From positions 62,001 to 126,000 of the forward strand of contig JASVEC010000017.1 in assembly GCA_030770535.1 (NCBI GenBank): a stretch of 64,000 nt of DNA, given 5' to 3'. This DNA comes from Batkoa obscura. Taxonomy: Eukaryota. The translations under genes and the position numbers were made by a program. The notes under the pieces are model-generated. The model had not been told where the DNA came from and made no database searches. It saw nothing but the letters and a program-made list of their open reading frames with translations. This document shows, piece after piece, positions 38,113 through 50,171 of the stretch; position 1 is the first letter of the stretch, and each line of letters begins with the position of its first letter.

Positions 38113-40834
38113 TCTTCTTTTGTCGTTATAGTTGATATTAATTTTAAATTATTAACAATAGTTTGAATGGCATTAATAGGTTGATTTGATTCCAAATAAA
38201 GAGCTATTATTAATTGAAGTTTCCTTTTACTTAATGGCTGTTTGTTAAGCTTTAGAGTTGATTCTGCTTTACTTTGATAATCTAATTTATAAAACTTATT
38301 GCTTTGTGTTAAACTTAAATTTAAATATTCCATAGCCTATCAAGTAAGGTTAATTTTTATAATTACAATATAATAGCTATCATTTTACCTTATAAACATA
38401 ATATTCATTTTCAGATATTAAAGTAGGACAATATTGACGAATAATTTCCAATACAGATGAATCCTAAAAAATAATAAATTAACAAAATAACATTAAACAA
38501 ATAATAAATAGAACGTACCGTATCTTTAACTTCCTTTAATTCTTTAAGTGTATTAATTAAACCTAAAATAATAAATTCGATAAATTCCATATCATTATTA
38601 TTATTATTATTATTTAAATTTAGAATATTATGAAATGTTAATTGAGATAAATTAATAATAGATTGTTGATCTAATTTTTTAATTAAATATAATGTATTTA
38701 ATTCAAATAATAATAATAAAAACTCTATTAATTCTAATATTCGATTAATGACTTTAATTAACTCATCTATTAATGGGTTTGATTGATTAATTGGTAATAA
38801 TTTTCTATCGTTATTGTAAAATTGAATTGAATTATTATTATTATTATTAAATAAGCTAAATTGATTTAATATAACAATAAATTGATAAATGGATTTTTGT
38901 ATAAATTTTAATTTAGTAATGTTATTATTAAATTGAATATTAATAATTTGTTGGTTTTGATTTGTATTAACTTTTAATAATGGTGTATTAAAGACTGGCG
39001 ATAAAATACCAGCTAATCCACGAATACAAGCTAAATATTGAATCTTTTTTTCAATTTTTTCTTGCTGACCGTTGACTTGTACTATTATATAATTTTTATT
39101 AAATAATGATTCATATTGTTGATAATTTTTTAGAATGATGTTTAGTATGGGTTTATATTCATTTAGTTTGTTATGTTGATCTTCTAATTGCAAATCCTTA
39201 TTGAATTGATTATTAATAAAATATGGGTATTTTGATAATAATAAATAACATAAACTTAATGTTTCAATAATACCATATTTAGTAATAAAACTCTTTAATT
39301 CCTTATTATTTATAATATTCTCTTCATTTAATAAATCAATTATATTTCTATTCTTTAATTGAATTAAATTATCTAATATATACTTTAATTGATCAATTGG
39401 TCGAAACTTAATTAATTTATATATCTTTTTATTACTCAATATATAAATTTGGCGTTGATAAAAATAATACTGGCTATTTGTATTATCTGAATAATAATCT
39501 TTAATATTAATATTCATTGTATTATCTATTTGTTTATCTTCCATAAAATCCATAATTCTTTCTTGTTGATCAAAGTTACTTTGAATATCATAAGTAACTA
39601 ATGTATCTATACCAAACAATGATTTTTTATCTTCGTTATTAGCTTGATTAACTAACACATTTTTGTTGCCTAAATATTCACTTGCACATTCAGAATATTT
39701 GATTTGAATTATATTATTCTCCTTATTATTATCTTCATCAATAAAACAACTCATTAACATACCATTATAATATTGTCCATTATAATATGTGTTTTTAAAT
39801 GTAGTATCTTGATTACCAATAATAAAACGACTTACTTCTAGATTACCAACTTCATTTATTAACTTATCATTCGTTGATTTTAAATAAATCCAAGTACCAT
39901 CATAAGTTAACAATACTAATCGAACTAAATCTTCCTTTTGTTTTGGTATAATATTAAATTTCACAATCCCTTTTGAAATAGCCCTTTTTAATTGATTATT
40001 TTTTAAAAAAGTAGGTGAAAGGTGAGTTATTGTTGCTTTCCATTGAAATAAATCGCCTTTTATATCATAAATATCAATATCGGTATCTTTCTTTAAAGTA
40101 TATAATATATTCCTTTCTAAATCAATTTGTAAACCTCTTAAATTTTTATAACGAAAATCAAAAAAATTAGTTATTATAGAAAAGTAGTTCGTATGATTTA
40201 CTACTGATGTTTGTTTTGAAAATAAGCTTGGTTTTAACTGATATTTTAATTCCAATACATCACCATTATTACCTAAAAATATTCTCCCTTCCTTTGTCGA
40301 AGCAATCAAATCATCTTCATAACAATAACAATCAAACTTATAAGGGGTATGTAATACTTGAATCTTATCCTCATCTTCTATTTTGATCCCATATAAATAA
40401 ATCTTATTTTGAAATCCAACTAATAATCCTTTGATTACGTTTTCCTCAAAGCATCCTTTTTTAATATCAACAATACTTATAAATTTAAATTGATCTTCTA
40501 ATAATTCAATCTGAATCAAATCTCTTTTAAAATCCCATAAATTCAATTGCCCATCAGTGACATAATAAAGATAATTGATCTCTTCTAATAGCCCTTTTTT
40601 GGTATTAGCGTCTTGTAATTTCAATGCTATTGATGGTGGTGATTCGTAATGAGTTAATGAAAACTCAGATAAACAAGAACCTTGCTTTTCTATGGTGGAG
40701 GTAGGATACAACTCAGAATGATAACCTTTTATTTGAGAAGTTAAATCGGATACGATTTCATTTTGATAATGGGCATTAAGTGAATATAGTGATTCACTAT
40801 CACTTAGAGTCTTGCTTTCGGTGGTTGAATTCAT
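36116..40834 (-). CDS. Nup155/Nup170-like nucleoporin, paralog C (~1412 aa)
   Basis: Exons 40834-38519, 38463-38389, 38336-37642, 37588-37342, 37280-37157, 37100-37002, 36935-36796, 36731-36625, 36551-36116 splice in frame. Motifs GLLEEINYLYYVTDGQLNLWDF, STKEGRIFLG, IDLERNILYTL, KFRPIDQL, YCPTLISENEYYVYKAMEYL, LDLYERMKLLIKA. Confidence 0.8.
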
Positions 40835-41009
40835 TCTCCTTAATTGGAATAAAAAACTAAAAAAGTTTTTCAAAGTTTTGTCAAAAAAATTTTAAAATTT
40901 CAATTACATTTTCGTCATTAACCAATAAGATTGAAGTAAAATATCAAAAAAAAAATTTAAAAAAATGGAGTAAAATTCCAGCCAGTGTGTCCTTTGTGTT
41001 TACATAATA

Positions 41010-41107
41010 TGAAGATGTTTTTTTGGTTTCATTACTTTTTCCATTTTCTAAGCGCTATTTGAACAGAAAAATTGTTAGTAAAATTCTTAAACAAAAAACA
41101 TATCCCT
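41010..41107 (-). mobile_element. MITE-like family A, copy 6
   Basis: gatgtttttttggtttcatt...taagcgctatttg...gttagtaaaattcttaaac...tatccct; about 175 bp upstream of the paralog C ATG. Confidence 0.8.
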
Positions 41108-41175
41108 GTTTTATAAAGATTTCATTTATTTTTGATAAAGAGCAAAATGCTTTGAACAGGTTCCAGTTAGTTGTC

Positions 41176-41239
41176 TTTTATTTTTTATTTTTTATTTTTT
41201 ATTTTTTATTTTTTATTTTTTATTTTTTATTTTTTATTT
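41176..41239. repeat. (TTTTTTA)n tandem repeat
   Basis: About 9 copies with period 7. Confidence 0.85.
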
Positions 41240-41291
41240 AATTATTTATACAGAGCCAAAGATTTTAACAATGTATGAAATTTTAGTTTCA

Positions 41292-41475
41292 TATAACCAA
41301 GTGCTAAATAACAGACACATTTGACTTTTTCAATTATTACAATTCATAATTTGCAAAAATAGTGGTAGCCAATTAAATGTTTAAATTTACATTATGGTAA
41401 ACTCAATTCATCTATTTTTGAAAAAATATATTAATTATAGGGTCAAATGTGCCTGTTATTTTGCACTTGGTTATA
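41292..41475. mobile_element. MITE with 34-bp terminal inverted repeats and TA ends (Tc1/mariner-like)
   Basis: tataaccaagtgctaaataacagacacatttgac versus gtcaaatgtgcctgttattttgcacttggttata; 2 mismatches. Confidence 0.75.
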
Positions 41476-41945
41476 GAAAATACGCTAATATTAATTAAAA
41501 AAATAAATGACATTTAAATGAAACCGTTTTTAATAACATCTTTAGTATTTTTTAATTAAATAAAATTAGTCATGAAACTATATAAATTTAAACATACACT
41601 GTGTAATGCTAATTTTATAATTAACAATAGGAGCTTTTAAATAGTATGTGGTATACTTTAGTGAAAAACTATGCTTTTAATATATTTAAGCAATATGATT
41701 GGCTTATTTTTTATTTTTTTCCAAAATTAGACAAAAATTATAAAATTGAGTTTTTTATTATTTTTGATTATATTTTTATAAAATTATAAAATTATAAATT
41801 TTAAGTCTCAAATACTTTAAAAATAAAATAACCTAAGTGATCAAAAAAGTATAGCTAATTAAAATTCAAAACGCAATATTTTCTAAGCATTTTTGTCAAA
41901 TAAAGCACTACTTGAGATACTTTTTTTACAAAATAATATGCTATA

Positions 41946-42046
41946 TGGGGGTGTTTTTTTTGGCTTCATTATTTTTTCCATTTTTTAAGCGCTATTTCAG
42001 CAGAAAGATTGTTAGTAAAATTCTTAAACACAAAAATACATCCTCA
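41946..42046 (-). mobile_element. MITE-like family A, copy 7
   Basis: tata|tgggggtgttttttttggc...aaaaatacatcctca|tata; TA flanks. Confidence 0.85.
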
Positions 42047-42087
42047 TATATTATTTAAATAAGCTTTTAATAATTCAAAGCTAGGTA

Positions 42088-42187
42088 TGGGGATGTATTT
42101 TTTTGTTTAAGAATTTTACTGACAATTTTTCTGTTCAAATAGCACTTAAAAATAAAAAAAGTGGTGAAACTAAAAAAAATACCCCCA
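42088..42187 (+). mobile_element. MITE-like family A, copy 8 (inverted relative to copy 7)
   Basis: ta|tggggatgtatttttttg...aaaaaaataccccca|tata. Confidence 0.85.
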
Positions 42188-44548
42188 TATATAAACTTTA
42201 AAACTTATTAAAATTTATAAAATTAATTTGAAAATTCCAAAAAATAGCAAAGTCAACTATAATTCTATTGTAATGTTTGTTTTAAATAGTGTTATATAAA
42301 CAGTAACTTATTACCATAAATAAAAATTATCTATATATTAGTTTTTATTTTACTTTTAAATTTTTATTTCCTAAATTTAACAATAGAATTTTTGACGGAA
42401 ATTATAAAATAGCAATAAAATAATAAAATAATTTAAAATAAAATTCAATATAAAGTTTAACTCCATTTATTAACATTTTGTAACGTTTTAATAAATAAAA
42501 TACTAATAATTTTTTAAAGCAAATTTGAACAAAAAAAAGGGTGATATAGGGGAAAGGGCAATATAGCGAAAAAAGTGAGGTTTCAGGTCAAATTCAGTTA
42601 CATGGAGTTATACAAAGGGAGGGTTTATAACCTGTAACTACGGTGACAGTTACTCAGCACACATTCCAATTAAAAAGGCTATATAAAAAAATAAGCTTTA
42701 ATTAAATTATTTTTAACTTGATATTATTAATTGATTAAATATGCTTTATAAAAAAAAAAGGTATTATTATAATAACTTTAATGGTTTTTGATCTGATGAT
42801 AGTGTGAGCATTTAAGCTAAATAGTCAATGATCCATAAAAAACGGTAATATAGATGACCGACACAATATAATAGCTTATTTAGAGATAAAATTAATCAGC
42901 TCTTTATCAATAGTAAAATTATTATAATAGAAGGAATAATTTATTTTTTATTTAGTTAAAAGATTTGTTTAGTTATTATTTAATGGATACTTTATTAACT
43001 TGAAGAGTTAGGGAAAGGAGATAGAAATGACAATCTAATTTTTAGCTAAAAAGAAAGTTGAAAAGAAGTGTTAAAAAAATAACTCCACCTTTAAGTAGCT
43101 TTCATTAATTGTAGAAGATAACTTTATCAATTGAAGTGATATTTATTGTAAAGAAATAAAACAAAGTTCAATAGCATTTAAATCATTTGAAAATTGACAA
43201 TGTCTATTGACTTTTGAATCTAAGTTAAAAGTCTGAAATCCCGTTTTAACTAAAGAGGATTTTAAGACTTTTCCTAAAAATAAAAAGCTAGTAAAACTTA
43301 ATGAATTATAAAAAATGATACTGACAAATTAAATTCAATAAAACTTACAATTATCTTCTTTAAAGCTCTTTAATTAAAATGTGTGCTTGTCAAGTGTTCA
43401 ATTAATAAGAAAAATTTAATCATTAAGCTACAAATCAGTACAACTATTTTTCAAACTAATAGCTGTAATTTTTATAGTTAAATAATTTATAACCTAATTT
43501 TTTTTAGGTCTAATCCTTATTTATAGATGGATTTCAGCATAAGTTATACTCTCAAATGAACAATTAATAAGTTTGAAAAGAACAGTAATAGAGTTGTATT
43601 GCTTCCAAAAATTAGTTCTGCTACACTGTTGCTCATTTGACCTAAATTAGCTACATATCTAAGTTGAAAACAAAATGCACAAAATAAGCGGTACTACTGG
43701 TTCAATTTCAACATACCATGAATATTTATAATTTTGTATTTGCTGAGTTTAATCATGAATAGTTTTATTTGTTTTTGTATTAAATCAATACAAAATAAAA
43801 AACATCCATGTTATTTTTAAATCGAAGCAATAGCAGCTAACAATTTAATCAAAAAAATCAATATAAAATGCTAATATTAAAGTTTAAAATGGACCTCGTT
43901 TGAAGGAATTTGAATGGGATAAGTTACGCTTAGCTAGGAGCAAGAGTGGACGTGAAGCATTGACTAAACTGCCCTTGTCTCTTCTTTATCGAGCTTAAAT
44001 TGATTTATTTTGTTAACTAAAATATTTGAGAATCTTATGACTCTTTCAAAAATATAAAGTTTAAAATAAATAAACACTTTAGCTTATTTATTTTATATTA
44101 TATTTAGAAGAAAATAAAGCTAAATAGGAATTTCGGAGACTTCTATATATATGTGAGATTTCATATAAAGAATAATTAATCGGCAATGGTTAACAGATTT
44201 AATAAGGCATGATCATTGCAAATTATTGCACTAATTAAGTTAATTTTAATACTGTATAAAGATAAAAGGATATTTTTTTATATGAGTATTGTTTTAATAC
44301 TACTTTAATACAAAATAATAGGTGTAAACTGTACTTTTAAATTTCTTTTTAAAGGGTCATTTCATTACCTTTAAGCTTATTATTTTATAGTTTGACTCTT
44401 CAATTTAACTGATTTTAAATGTATTGATGGCATTTAACAAAATTTGTTCAAAATAAACAAAAATTATAAAAGTATAAAATGATACAGATTTTACTTTGAA
44501 ACAAATAAAATTATTGTATTTACTTTTATTATCATTTCTTTAATCAAT

Positions 44549-46864
44549 ATGCTTTCCTTTATCCTTTCTATTATATTAGCAACCACCGTACTAGGCTCCA
44601 GATATCCCAACAACGTAGATTGGGACCATCCTTGTGGATGCGATCATTTTAGTGAAAGTTATGATTCTCAAGTTGAAAGTTTGATTTCCAAAATGAAATT
44701 GCGTGAAAAAGTGGGTCAATTATCCCAACTTAATATTGCTATTTTAATTAACAAAACTACTTTAGAATTGGATCCTAAGCTTGTTGATTATTATGTCAAT
44801 GAGATGCAAGTAGGTTCCTTTTTCAATAATCTTGCTGATGGTACTGAAAAATTACCCGCAGGACCAGATAAATGGACACGTCTAATGAATCAATTACAAG
44901 ATGCTACTCAAAAAAATCGATTAAAGATACCCATGATTTACGGTTTAGATTCAGTTCATGGTGCTAATTTTATTTACGGTGCTACTATTTTTCCTCAACA
45001 ATTAGGACAAGCTGCTACCTTTAATCGTACATTGGTTAAAAAAATTAGCGAGATTGCAGCTAAAGATACAAGAGCTGTTGGTGTTCATTGGAATTTTTCA
45101 CCTATTTTAGATATTGCTGTTAATAAACAATGGCCAAGAGTTTATGAAACTTTTGGTGAAGACCCATACCTTGCTACTGAATTAGGTAGGGAAACTATTA
45201 TTGGTTATCAAGGGTGTGGTAAAGATTTAGCTCGTGAAGATAAAGTAGCTGCTACAATGAAACATTTTATTGGCTATTCTTCTTCTCGTTCTGGTAAAGA
45301 TGTTGATGGTGCTTGGATGTCTGAAAGGATTATTAATGATTATTTTAGACCAAGTTTTCAAGCTGCTGTTGAAGCTGGTATTGCTACTACTATGGAATCT
45401 TATTCTGATATTGATGGTGATCATTTAGTTAACTCTGAACAATATTTAGTAGGTTTACTTCGTAGAAAAATGAACTTCAAAGGTGCTTTAATTACAGATT
45501 ATCAACAAATTCAAAAGCTACATGATCCAATTCATATTGCTTCTTCACAAGAAGATGCTGTATATAAAGTAATGAAATTGGGTACTTTAGATGTATCAAT
45601 GATTCCAAATGATATTACTTTTATTACTATTTTGGAGAGTTTAATCAAAAAAGGTAGAATTTCAATGAATCTGATTGATAATAATGTACGTCGTATGCTT
45701 GTTTTAAAGAAAAAGTTAGGATTACTTAATTCTACTGGTAAAGTAGATGTCAATTCGCAATTAGTTAGGAGTATTGGATCTAAAGAAGATCGTCGAGTAT
45801 CTTTAGATGCAGCAAGAGAATCTATTATCTTATTACATAACAAAAACAATACTCTTCCGCTTAAGAAAGGAATCAAAGTACTAGTAACTGGTCCTACTGC
45901 TGATTCTATTAGTTACCAAACTGGCGGTTGGACTTTCAGTTGGCAAGGAACTAATAAAGATGAATGGTATCAAGGAAACGGAACTACTATTGTTCAAGGT
46001 TTAAAGCAATTTGCTAGTGTAACTCACTTACCTTCCATTGACATTAATGGAACTTGGATTGGCTCTGGTATTGATGGAGTTGTGAATGCATCAAAAGATC
46101 ATGATGCCATTGTGGTATGTATTGGTGAAGCTACTTATGCTGAATTATTTGGCAATATAAGTGATATGGCCCTCCATCATATGCAATTAAACATTCTTTA
46201 TGCTTTAATTGGTAATACTAACAAACCTATAATTGCTGTAGTAAATCAGGGTAGACCGAGAGTCATTAATTCGAATATTGATCAGGCTAGCGGAGTTATC
46301 AATAATTTCTTGGCTGGACCATATGCAGGTCAAGCCATTGCTGAAATTATATTTGGTGAAGTTAATCCATCTGGTAAATTGCCGCTTACTTATGCCAATA
46401 AAGTTAATGATAATACTCAAAATTACTATCGTCGTTTTAATGAAGATGACCCGAAAAACTTATGGGATTTTGGTCACGGTTTGTCTTATACTAGTTTTTC
46501 TTATTCTAATATCACTCTTTCTAAAAATGTTATGACCCTTCATGATCATATTGATGTCTCAGTTAAAGTAACTAATTCTGGTGCTATAGCTGGTAAAGAA
46601 ACTGTATTAATGTATGTTACTGATGAATACCGTACCATCTCACCCGAAATTAAGAAATTAAGAGGATTTGAAAAGATACATTTAAATGTTGGAGAAACTA
46701 AAGAAGTCAGATTTGTTATCAATATTAAAGATCTTACTTTTTCTGGCTTGGATAACAAATATATTGCTGAAGAAGGTTCTTTCTATGTTACCATTAAAGA
46801 TTTAAAAGCTCGATTCGAATTGAAAGTTGGCTATGGTCGTGATACCTTCTACCTTGGAGAATAA
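44549..46864 (+). CDS. Secreted GH3 beta-glucosidase (BglX-like, C-terminal Fn3-like domain)
   Basis: Signal peptide; LREKVGQL, GLDSVHG, WPRVYETFGEDP, KHF, ITDY nucleophile, NPSGKLP, FGHGLSYT, KLRGFEK; intronless. Confidence 0.95.
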   Translation: MLSFILSIILATTVLGSRYPNNVDWDHPCGCDHFSESYDSQVESLISKMKLREKVGQLSQLNIAILINKTTLELDPKLVDYYVNEMQVGSFFNNLADGTEKLPAGPDKWTRLMNQLQDATQKNRLKIPMIYGLDSVHGANFIYGATIFPQQLGQAATFNRTLVKKISEIAAKDTRAVGVHWNFSPILDIAVNKQWPRVYETFGEDPYLATELGRETIIGYQGCGKDLAREDKVAATMKHFIGYSSSRSGKDVDGAWMSERIINDYFRPSFQAAVEAGIATTMESYSDIDGDHLVNSEQYLVGLLRRKMNFKGALITDYQQIQKLHDPIHIASSQEDAVYKVMKLGTLDVSMIPNDITFITILESLIKKGRISMNLIDNNVRRMLVLKKKLGLLNSTGKVDVNSQLVRSIGSKEDRRVSLDAARESIILLHNKNNTLPLKKGIKVLVTGPTADSISYQTGGWTFSWQGTNKDEWYQGNGTTIVQGLKQFASVTHLPSIDINGTWIGSGIDGVVNASKDHDAIVVCIGEATYAELFGNISDMALHHMQLNILYALIGNTNKPIIAVVNQGRPRVINSNIDQASGVINNFLAGPYAGQAIAEIIFGEVNPSGKLPLTYANKVNDNTQNYYRRFNEDDPKNLWDFGHGLSYTSFSYSNITLSKNVMTLHDHIDVSVKVTNSGAIAGKETVLMYVTDEYRTISPEIKKLRGFEKIHLNVGETKEVRFVINIKDLTFSGLDNKYIAEEGSFYVTIKDLKARFELKVGYGRDTFYLGE

Positions 46865-49350
46865 CCCCTTGCTAAGCTTTTTTTATCTTTGGTCTTTGAA
46901 TATAGCTAAATAAAAATTAATTCATAAATTTACAAAATTCGAATGTTTTTAAAAATTAGAATTATATTTTTGCTCTTGAAAGGCTAAAGTCCTAAATCTT
47001 TCATTAGTTAAATAAAAATTGAAATAATTAGGTTAGATAACTTAAGGAACAAAGCGATTAGAGGGAACCATCTGGTAAGAAAATATAAATTTACAAAGCT
47101 GATAAAATATGAAATATAGTAACATCAATGGCTCCCCCCAAAATTCAAATACAGCAGGACTAACCATAAGCAAAATCCTCTACCGAATTTCTTTTTAAGA
47201 AAGCTGTAATTATTTTATAATAAGACCTTGCCGGAGAAATATATATGTTACACAAGAAGTGGGCAACTTTATGAAGTAAAACTAACCTTTTACCATAAAT
47301 GCTATTGCTATTTATTTAAAAAATTTAATTTTTTTAGGAAATCTTGTACGGGCTAGAGGGTCCCAATTGTTTTATCGTTTGAGTGAAATGATAATGGATT
47401 AGATGATCAAAGCTTAATGTTTTTATTAAGAACAAAATGCTTAAGTAATAATAGTTTCAATTGTTCATATATAAATAGAAATTGCCTTATATATTAGCTT
47501 TTTATAAATTCTTTTGCCATTATTTTATAATTATAAATATAGATAGAAGGAAAAACTTGGAGCTTGGGTTTTGAAAGTAGGTACATAGACAATTTTATAA
47601 TAAAATTGTTATCTTTCGGGAAATAGCTAAACTTAGTAATTTGAGCAATAAAACTAGTTTTAAAATGTTTATTTTTCGGTCAATGTTAACTCAGCAATAA
47701 AACAACATAAGAGCGGAAACGGCTATAAAAGTCGAAAGTAACGTAACTTCAGCAAATTAGCTTTTGAAGCTTGAATATATTAGCTTGATTACAAGAAAGT
47801 AAAAGTCCAGACCAAATACAAAATACGGAATCTTATTAATTAAATATATTAAGGCACTGAATATTCCTGCGATAAGGAAACAAGATAAAAAAGGGGTTAA
47901 ATAATTAGAATAGAATCAGATATGACTAAAATAGCTGATAATAGATACTAGAAACTAACATCATTGTTATAAAACTAATACTTAAGTAAAGTTAGCATAG
48001 TATATCAATTTTTTATTGTTGAATTTTAAAAAAACAAATAAGATTTGGGACTAATTTAAAGCAAGTTTGAAGTTTTTTTATCCCTGATTTTTTTATGTTT
48101 TCTCATTAAAATCCTAAAAAGGACTTTTTAGCTTCATTTGTAATTTAAATTTAAAGTCAATAAAATTTATTAACAGTTTTACAGTTCTTGAACTTCATCT
48201 ATCTAAAAAACGCTTATAAAATTAGTATAACTGTTACAGCTCTTTTGTGGCTTATCTAACGGCTTGTTTAAAAAAATTGATGCTATGTTTGGTTGAAGTA
48301 TAAAAATAGACCTTAAGAAAATTGGTTATGCAAATAATTTGACTATCAAAATCAGCGCTAATAAAGTCTCAAATGAGCCGCAACAATTATAAATAGAACA
48401 ACAAGCAAGGAAAGGTGTACAAGGAAATAGCGTAAAATTATAATAATAGTTCTTATGAGTTCAGTTTTCTCGGTTTACCATACTAGGGAAGAAAGAATAT
48501 GCTTAATTTTATAGGCTAGAGGTTTCTTATATTAATACATTACCTTGTACATGCTATAATTTAGAAGCACCGCTTTATATCTTAGATTTTTTAGAATCTT
48601 GCTTGTGTGAAACTCTCAAGTTTTATTCGTGAAGGTAACTTGTTAAAGTTTTAAAATGGAGCATTAAAGTATTTGAAATCAAAGGGGAGTAGTAAGTTAC
48701 ACTTTTTAATAGGATATTAACGCATATAAGTTTTTCAAATTTAAACATATAGAGTTAAATAAAAAGCGGAGTATTAAATTAATATTAATCTTTTTGAAAA
48801 AAACGAATATATTAATAGTTCTATGGTTCAATATAGTGCTTATTTAAATCGTCATCCTTCATTCCACGTTGAGTTTTATTTGTAATATCAAAGCATGTGG
48901 AACAGCTTTAAAAATAGTTACATAATGGTTTGATTTCAAAAGACTAAGTCTATAGTCTATATAAGTTATCTAGTATTATTGCTTTTTAAGCTAGCATGCT
49001 ATTATAGAACAGAAACAATACTCATAATATATGATTTTTGAGCTTATAAGATTATATATAATTATGCAATAAAGTGCTATCTAAGTTAAAGGATTTCTTT
49101 AATATAAACCTATACTTATAACGTTTACTATATTGATTTGATTCAAAAATAGGGCTTATTTTTTATGTTATTTGAATATATTAAATTTATAAAATAATTC
49201 AATTGTAAATTGATATGATTTTATTTCTACATATATAATATTTTAACTAAAATCTTTTTTATATAAGATAGCAATTGATGTTCATACAAATAAGTTTCTG
49301 TGTCACTAGAACAAAAAATAGAATGATTTTAAGTAATAATGTAAAAGAAA

Positions 49351-49447
49351 TGAGGATGTGTTTATTTAAAAATTTTACCAACAATTTTTCCACTCAAATA
49401 TGGCTTAAGAAACGGAAAAGATGATGAAACCAAAAAAAACACCCTTA
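49351..49447 (+). mobile_element. MITE-like family A, copy 9
   Basis: tgaggatgtg...aattttaccaacaatttttcc...gatgaaaccaaaaaaaacaccctt. Confidence 0.75.
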
Positions 49448-50171
49448 AATTTTTATTAAAAAATTAATAAATATTATAAAGACATCAGCTTAACGGATTA
49501 ACTTTTTTTAATGCAAAAAAAGATCTCAAGGTAAATTTAAATTTTACTCTAGTATCGCCAATTCCTGTTTTGATATATAATTAGGCTTTTATAGCCATAT
49601 TATAGTGGCTCTTAATTTAAAGAAATGATTATATTATTAGACAATACTTTTTAAAACGAAAACTTGCTATTTTAGTCTAACCTTTGAATAGCTTCTTGTC
49701 AACCAAACCGCTATAAAAAATCTTTGAAATGTTATATAATTAGTTTATTTATATTCTCATTATAATTCTGAGATATCTTTAAAAAATAGTAATACATTTT
49801 ATCCAAAGTTTTCATTAAAAGATAAAAATGGAACTAGGTGACACCTTATATTTAAAAAATTATTAATTAAATTATTTATAGTATCGTATAAGGACACATT
49901 ATAAATAATAATATAAAAGTAAAATTATGTGTGTAAGTTTTATTAATAAGAAGGGAGAAATATTAAAATAGATTGTAGCGAGAAATGATAATTTGGGAAT
50001 AAATATAGACACTGAAAAAAGTGATTTGATTTTAGAACATAAAACATTAGTAGCAAATGTTAAATAAACAGTACTTCTTATTCATTGCCATGAATAAAAT
50101 AAAAAATATAAAGAGCTTGTAAGATACAAATGAAATTTTTATAAAACAGAATTTAATTTCTAATTATCGAT

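Noticed and set aside
38411..40873. ORF-track start at 40873 and hydrophobic C-terminus suggesting a membrane protein
   Set aside because: The track start is a non-ATG codon (first ATG is at 40834), and the hydrophobic tail is read-through into the intron starting at 38518.
42538..42870. G-rich patch with repeated (g/c)aatatag motifs
   Set aside because: No ORF, tRNA fold or matching inverted end could be established.
43885..43997. Short less AT-rich patch translating EWDKLRLARSKSG
   Set aside because: Too short; could be a LINE scrap or chance.
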